The position numbers and the translations under genes are program-made. Below the pieces are notes generated by a model. It did not search any database and was not told the DNA's origin. It saw only the letters and a list, made by a program, of their open reading frames with translations. Source: Octopus vulgaris (Eukaryota). Taken from it: a stretch of 64,000 nucleotides of DNA. This document shows positions 56,641 to 64,000 of this stretch, in pieces (the first letter of the stretch is position 1; each line of letters starts with the position of its first letter). The stretch covers positions 41,292,001-41,356,000 of the forward strand of contig OX597824.1 of NCBI GenBank assembly GCA_951406725.2, read 5' to 3'.

Positions 56641-56868
56641 GGAGAGCTGGCAGAAACATTAGCACGCAGGGCGAAATGCATAGCTGTATTTCGTCTGCCG
56701 TTACGTTCTGAGTTCAAATTCCGCCGAGGTCGGCTTTGCTTTTCATCCTTTCGGGGTCGATAAATTAAGTACCAGTTACGCACTGGGGTCGATGTAATCG
56801 ACTTAATCCGTTTGTCTGTCCTTGTTTGTCCTCTTTATGTTTAGCCCCTTGTGTGTAGTAAAGAAATA
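56641..56868 (+). mobile_element. SINE family B
   Basis: Full-length plus copy. Confidence 0.9.
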
Positions 56869-57049
56869 TATAATATTTGGGTATGGGCAACAAGGAGTAG
56901 TGGATTTTGTTAGACTAAAACCGAGTTCGTTATTCTGTCAATTGAAATATGTAGTCTCAGCTGTCGGAAGAAAGATCATCCTGCGAAAATACACGCTATT
57001 CTTCAATTGTATCAGTTGGAAGTCATCAATACCTAATGATCATAAAATA

Positions 57050-57218
57050 GGCGCAAGAGTGGCGGTGTGGTAAATAGCGCGCTTACCAACTACATGGTTC
57101 TGGGTTCAGTCGCACTGCGTGGCACCTTGGGCAAATGTCTTCTACTATAGCCTTGGGCCGACCAAAGCTTTGTGAGTGGATTTAGTAGATGGAAACTGAA
57201 AAAAGCCCGTCGTATACG

Positions 57219-57291
<73 letters not shown>

Positions 57292-57510
57292 GTGTATATG
57301 TTTGTGTGTCTGTGTTTGTCCCCCAACATCGCTTGAAAACCAATGCTGGTGTGTTTACGTCCCCGTAACTTAGCGGTTCGGCAAAAGAGACCGATAGAAT
57401 AAGTACTAGGCTTACAAAGAATAAGTCATAGGGTCGATTTGCTCGACTAAAGGCGGTGCTCCAGCATGGCCGCAGTCAAATGACTGAAACAAGTAAAAGA
57501 GTAAAAGAGT
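57050..57510 (+). mobile_element. SINE family A, full length
   Basis: Matches 23273-23710. Confidence 0.92.
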
Positions 57511-57958
57511 AACTTTCTGCGTAACTGTGGAATCGGTGTTATAGTACAAATTTATTGATCGAACATTCACAAATCACTGGGGGCAACTTTTGATATATGT
57601 TGCAATCACATACAGGAGTGTTCTGAGTATCTCGCGAGAGAACTATCTAATCAATCAAAGCTTGTAAGGCAGTCTTCTTGATATCATCGATGTTACTATA
57701 AGGGGAAGACTTCGTTTTCCAGGATACTAACCAAGGTCTAAGCGAAAGCTTATTACTGACGCATACTTATGGATATCTCGACGTAGACATAAATTGGTTG
57801 TATAGCAATAGCTTTTATTGATCAGTTTTGTACAGTCACGGGATATTGGCCAACTGATCTCCCGAATGTTATACAGAAAAATGATGGCGGGTGTGATCGA
57901 TCGTATGCATCTGAGCAAGCTCGACCAGGTAAGCCCCTAATGCCAGGTTAAGCTGGAC

Positions 57959-58202
57959 CATGTTGAGTGACGTTGAGTCATGAGGAACCATATTGGGTCA
58001 CACTGAGTCATGCTGAATCATGCTGTGTCACACTGAGTTATTCTGAATCATGATAAGTCATGATAAATCATGTTGGGTCATACTGAGACATGTTGAGTCA
58101 TGCTGTGTCATGTTGAGCCATGTTGAGTCATGTTGAGCCATGCTGAGTCATGTTGAGCCATGCTGAGTCATATTGAGTCATGGTGAGTCATGTTGAGTCA
58201 TG
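57959..58202. repeat. 10-bp minisatellite (CATGYTGAGT)n
   Basis: About 24 degenerate units. Confidence 0.9.
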
Positions 58203-59460
58203 AACACCGAGAAGTCTAAAAACGACCCCTTATAGTAACATGGTGAAAGTAGCGAACCTCCTTGAAATATATCTTTACTGGTGGATATTTATTGAATTTA
58301 TTTATGTTTATTTATTTTATATTTCTTTATTCTGTATGCATATCATTCTTGTCGACTTTACTATGGTGTGTTTGATGTATTTTGTTATGATTGACGCGCC
58401 TTTACTCGTGGTTATTGTTTTCAGAATCCATGTAAGTGGAATTGTGCCGAATTCTTTTTAGTCATAAATCCATGCCGTACATTCATACATTTCATGCTGT
58501 TCTTACAATATATCTTTAAGGCTTCGCTTTTCAAGTCGCAGATATTTATATCAATAATCACAATGTCGACAAGCCTTTTTATTTTCCTGTTAAGGTATTA
58601 TTCTCCTCTAGTTATACATTTACCATGTACTAGATCTTTGATATGATTGTTCTGTGTGGTCGATAAGCAGATGAAAAATGGTAAATCTCCAATTTGTCTG
58701 TATGTGCATTCTAGTCTCAGTGATCCAATACGGCATTGTCTCTCCTTTTCTGCGATAATAACATTGAAGAATTTTTCCAAATATTTTCTCTATACTTGTC
58801 AAATGCTTAAGCTAGAGGCTTATCATTTTATCTGCCTTCAAGGATTTCTAGTTGCTGGTTGACTTCAGAACTTTGGTGACATCTGCTGTTGTTATATTTA
58901 TCCAGCTTTGTATCGAGTTGTTTTTTTACGTGGTTTCATATTGTTCTATCAAGATTTCTATCTTCGTTTGATATATCCTTGTTATGTTTGTAATGTTTAT
59001 AGGAATTTTTTGTTTTCATTGTCTAAACCAGGGTTTCTCAAACTTTTTTTTACTTCATTCATCCCACTTACGTGACAACATTACATTTCCATTCACTTTA
59101 CTAATAAATTAACTGCATATTAAAATATAAAGCATAGCTAATTTATCATTGTTAATACAATTTTTTGATGAAAAAATAATCTGTAAGCTATAATACAAAC
59201 ATACCTTTTTAATAGAAAGGTTGGGTTTGTTTGGGAGAAGAGAACTTAAGCAGTATGAGGCTTTATTAACTAACGTAGGCCATAATTATATCTTATTGCG
59301 CAAGAACACAATTAACTTAGCAATTAAAAGAAAAACGAAAACAAAAATAACCTAATATTTGATTTAATAAGGTATTATATATAGTTATGGGTTTCAGAAT
59401 TTCGCTTCTTGCCATACAACACATCTATATACAAACGAACAAACGAGGAAGCATCTATAC

Positions 59461-59814
59461 CAGGGATTCTCAACTATTTTTAACTTTGGACCTCCTTTGA
59501 ATACTATTTTATTCTGGTGGGTCCCCATAGCAATTCGATGTTTAAAATCTAGTTTTATAGATATTTCTTTTAAAATTCCTATTTTGTTTTTCACACATTA
59601 ACTTGAGTAGGTTGGACTATGTAAAATGTTGGAGGAAAAAAAAACCTAGCTGTTTCTTGCAATACATGCCAATACATATATCTAAAGCAATTTTTTTTTC
59701 AGGTGTCCTTAAAAAAACTATTGAGGATCCCCAATTTATTGTTTTGTTGCGTGGACCCCCAAAAATCTTATATGGATACTCAGGGGCCATATGGACCCCG
59801 GTTGAGAACCATTG
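59461..59814. mobile_element. hAT-type MITE
   Basis: TIRs CAGGGATTCTCAAC / GTTGAGAACCATTG. 8-bp TSD ATCTATAC / ATCCATAC (7 of 8 match). Confidence 0.8.
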
Positions 59815-61136
59815 ATCCATACGGTTGCTCAACAAATCTGATATAGTAGAATTTTTTTGAAATCATACTCAGTATTTTTAAAAGAACAACATTGGGTAAT
59901 GTAGTTCTAGATACACAGTGTTTAGTTAAGAAAAAGATCCGAAATGGTCAAAGTGTCTCTGAAAACAGGTCTGCCTGTTTAGGATTGATCATGAATATTA
60001 AGTTGCAAGTTTATGAGTTTAAAACGCAAATCTTCACGGTCTGCATTGAATGCGACTTTGTGTTTGCTTGGTAAATAAGGCAAATGGTTAAGCCCAAATT
60101 CAACCATATACGAATGTGGAGAAAAGTGAAATGAACTGAACAGTCGATCAAAGTTTGGGATATTTTACTTGGGAAATACACCACTTTCTGTGAGAAGTAA
60201 GAATTTATTCACCCCTTGACAAATTTTAACCCACCACCAGGGTTTATATCGACTCATCGTGAAGCATTAGTCTGTTCACTAATTGTATATATGTTGCTGT
60301 TGTTATATAGGTACTACTGTATCCATTTTTGTGTTTAAAATAAATCGCCTTTTAATCTGTTGTTTATTTTCATCTATGATATTCTCTTGTAATGTTTTTT
60401 AGCTTGTGGTTGTTATTGCAGCTAAGGCCATATATTTTAAATTAAACACTATGCATCTAGTACTACATAATTCAATATGTCGTTTAAAAAAAAACTGGAT
60501 TATGTGATCCGAAGAAAATTCGGCTGCTAATTCAGAAAGGTGAGCGATTATGATGAGGCTTCAACGTTTGTCGGTCATATATATAGATGCACTGTATGGC
60601 ATTGTTCTCGGAAGTTGTTGTTTGAGGTTCGGACACGTAGAGAGATACCAAAGATCTGACGAAGACACCGCATTTGGAATATCTTGAGCTGTTCAGTTCC
60701 CACTTGAGGATGGTTCAGGTTTCAGCGCTGTAGAGGACAGTTTGAACCAGCGTGCGGAAAATACGGAAATAGGGAAAACAATGGCAGCGTTGAAGACAAT
60801 GCTGATCATTCAATAATGGGTATGTATACCATTTACTTTTACGAGCAATTTACCTCAGAAACGGCCGTAGGACACTTAATATTTTTAAAGATTTCATTTC
60901 ATTTTAGTATATTCTATATAATAATCAAGTATGTGCTTGTCGTGATTCTTCTCTATCAATTCTATTGATGAAAGAGAGTTGGATTATTGTTTGTGGACTG
61001 AATTAACTGGTGTTATCCCCACTTATATATTTATCTTTTTATTTGAATTTCTTGAGGACTTTTAGGTGCAACCTTTAATCTGAGAGAAAATGAGAGTTTA
61101 TTTTGTATTCTTTCTTAAATATATATATATATATAT

Positions 61137-61291
61137 GACGGGCTTCTTTCAGTTTCCGTCTACTAAATCAACTCAAAAGGTTTTTGTCAACCCAAGAGTA
61201 TAGTAGAAGACATTTTCCTAAGGTGCCACGCAGTGTAACTGAACCCGGAACCATGTGGCCAGGAAGTAAGCTTCTTACCACGCCTGCGCCT
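61137..61291 (-). mobile_element. SINE family A 5' half
   Basis: Reverse copy. Confidence 0.75.
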
Positions 61292-62438
61292 ATATGTTAC
61301 TTTTAAATTTGTTAATTTATTATTCTTCCTGAGTAATATATTTATATTGAATATAAGTTACATAAAACTTCATGTTTCCTAAATTGTATATAATGTTTGA
61401 TTAGAAACGGTTAAATTTGTTCTAGCCGATAAAAAAAGAAGGTACCCGAGTAACTTGTTGAAAATTTACCTTGATAATAAAGAAAATAAACTGGTTTGTG
61501 TATGCGTCTGCATGTTTGTACGAGTCTGCATGTATAAGTGTGTATGTGTGTGCACGAATATGTGTATGTGTACGTGTGTGAGTATTTACGCACGTATGCC
61601 TTGTATTCAATTAAGAGCGCCACGTCATTTAGAAAATCAGCATATGCTTAATATATCTCAAACCACTGAACCATGTCGCATGTATGATTTTATCGACTTG
61701 GGTAAGGGCTTTGTTAAGAAGACACACATAGAGCTTTCTACTGAATATGTGGGCATATTACAGCTGTTCTATCAGTTTTAGAGACATTTTTGCATAAAAA
61801 TAAAATTAACAAAACAAAGAAAAAAAGAGAATAATGTGATATCTAAAACTTATAACAATGACACAAAAGACAAAATGGCGGTTTCCCAGCATGTTCACGA
61901 CCCACTGACTGGAGACTAATAAAAGAGTAAATTAAGTACAAATGTGGAAATGAAAAACAAAAAAAAAAAGAAAAGAAAAGAAAAAAGATGTCAGAATCAG
62001 TAGAACGTTGTATAAAATATAAACTGGTATCTGGTTACCTGTAATTCTGAGTTCAAATCAAGGTCCAGTTTTCGCTCTTCGATAAGATATGCAAAAGTCA
62101 ATAAAAATAGACAATTTCTTGTTATTTAACATGTTTCTTTGAGATGAATGAAGATTGTCCCTTTCAGCCATTGAGAAGCACAATTGTTCTGACCCCATTA
62201 AAAAATGTTTTCGAGGCCTCTCTTCATAGCGTCAAAGCAGCGTTGGCATCTGGTGACAAGGTTGTATAAAGAGGTTGAACAAAATAATGGGAATATTTTT
62301 TTTTATTTACATATATTTTTCTATTGGCAATGTGACAAATACAAATTTGTTTTGTCTGAACATGTGTTCATTTGTAGAATGTGTGCCTTGTACTTTTATG
62401 ATATAGCTCTCTATTTTTCAGTTTTGCATATATATATA

Positions 62439-62660
62439 TGGATCAAAACAGTTTGATTCAAATTCCGTGGTACTTAGTTTCGAAGCATAAGATAATGCTT
62501 ATCCTCAGCCGATTCAAATTTCTAGTGGTTGAAGATAAGCATTATCTTATACTTTGAAACTTTAAGTACCACAAAATTTGAATCAAGCTGTTTTGATCCA
62601 AACATGCAACTTGCAATAATTATGTTGAGCGCCCTTCTTTCGTTTATCCACTCTCAGGTG
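62439..62660 (+). mobile_element. Fold-back element with ~72-bp arms, each containing a hammerhead motif, in (TA)n
   Basis: Arms 62439-62510 / 62527-62600. Plus-strand HHR at 62525-62572: GTGG-TTGAAGA-...-GAAA-CTTTAAG-TA-CCAC. Minus-strand HHR at 62469-62510: GG-CTGAGGA-T-AAGCAT(TATCTT)ATGCTT-C-GAAA-CTAAG-TA-CC. Confidence 0.75.
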
Positions 62661-62662
62661 TA

Positions 62663-62733
<71 letters not shown>

Positions 62734-62789
62734 ATATCATATATATCATATATATATATATATATGTATGTATATACATATGTATGTGT

Positions 62790-62996
62790 GTCTGTATTTG
62801 TCCCCCCCCCCAACATCGCTTGACAACCGATGCTGGCGTGTTTACGTCCTCGTAACTTAGCGGTTCGGCAAAAGAGACCGATAGAATATAAGTACTTAGC
62901 TTACAAAGAATAAGTCCTGGGGTCGATTTGCTCGACTAAAGGCGGTGCTCCAGCATGGCCGCAGTCAAATGACTGAAACAAGTTAAAGAATAAAAA
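62790..62996 (+). mobile_element. SINE family A 3' half
   Basis: Matches the family A tail. Confidence 0.88.
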
Positions 62997-63002
62997 GAAC
63001 GA

Positions 63003-63795
63003 ATACATACATAGATACATACACACATACATGCATACAAATATACATATATATATACACATACATGCATACATACATACATACATGCATGCATACATAC
63101 ATACATACATGCATGCATATATACATACATGCATACAGATATACATATATATACACATACATACATACATACATGCATGCATACATACATACATGCATAC
63201 AAATATACATATATATACACATACATACATACATACATATATACATACATACATACATGCATGCATATATACATGCATACAAATATACATATATATATAC
63301 ACATACATACATACATACATGCATACATACATACATACATGCATACAAATATACATATATATACACATACATACATACATACATACATACATGCATACAT
63401 ACACACATACATGCATACAAATATACATATATATACACATACATACATACATACATACATACATACATGCATACAGGTATACATATATATACACATACAT
63501 ACATACATACATACATGCATGCATACATACATACATACATACATACATGCATACAAATATACATATATATACACATACATACATACATACATGCATGCAT
63601 ACATACATGCATACAAATATACATATATATACACATACATACATACATGCATGCATACATACATGCATACAAATATACATATATATACACATACATACAT
63701 ACATACATAAATGCATGCATACATACATACATGCATACATACATACATGCATACATACGCACATACATGCATACATACATACATACATACATACA

Positions 63796-63825
<30 letters not shown>
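63003..63825. repeat. Higher-order satellite built from CATA/TA units
   Basis: Recurrent GCATACAAATATACATATATATACACATAC... unit every ~45-60 bp. Confidence 0.85.
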
Positions 63826-63826
<1 letters not shown>

Positions 63827-64000
63827 TTCTTTATTACCCACAAGGGGCTAAACACAGAGGGGACAAACAAGGACAGACATAGGTATTAAGTCGATTACAT
63901 CGACCCCAGTGCGTAACTGGTACTTATTTAATCGACCCCGAAAGGATGAAAGGCAAAGTCGACCTCGGCGGAATTTGAACTCAGAACGTAGCGACAGACT
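63826..64000 (-). mobile_element. SINE family B (runs off window)
   Basis: Reverse copy. Confidence 0.88.

Noticed and set aside
57959-58202. CRISPR-like periodicity
   Set aside because: A 10-bp tandem repeat without unique spacers, in eukaryotic DNA.
62901-63889. Long ORFs of 190-307 aa, and the many similar YI/HT/CV/MYVC ORFs across the window
   Set aside because: They are translations of stop-free microsatellites, open in several frames at once.

Overview
This is AT-rich, repeat-dense eukaryotic DNA with no convincing host exon. The tRNA-derived SINE families and extreme microsatellite load suggest an octopod cephalopod such as Octopus (inference). Nearly all ORFs in the track are microsatellite artefacts. 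The one real long ORF (51019-53844) is an apparently intact Penelope-like element (PLE) with RT plus a C-terminal GIY-YIG endonuclease. It is bracketed by an apparently identical ~490-bp inverted pseudo-LTR pair and sits in (TA)n. The main hidden signal is about 15 hammerhead-ribozyme (HHR) motifs, intact or variant, read by eye in several unrelated short non-coding elements embedded in microsatellites. Many of these elements form asymmetric fold-backs with the same geometry as the autonomous PLE, which suggests a diverse community of non-autonomous HHR-bearing elements mobilised by PLE machinery, including a tRNA-SINE/hammerhead chimera. The window also holds many SINE copies, CR1-like and RTE LINE remnants, a mariner fragment, hAT elements with TSDs, and Helitron-like elements. 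All folds and alignments were done by eye and need computational confirmation.
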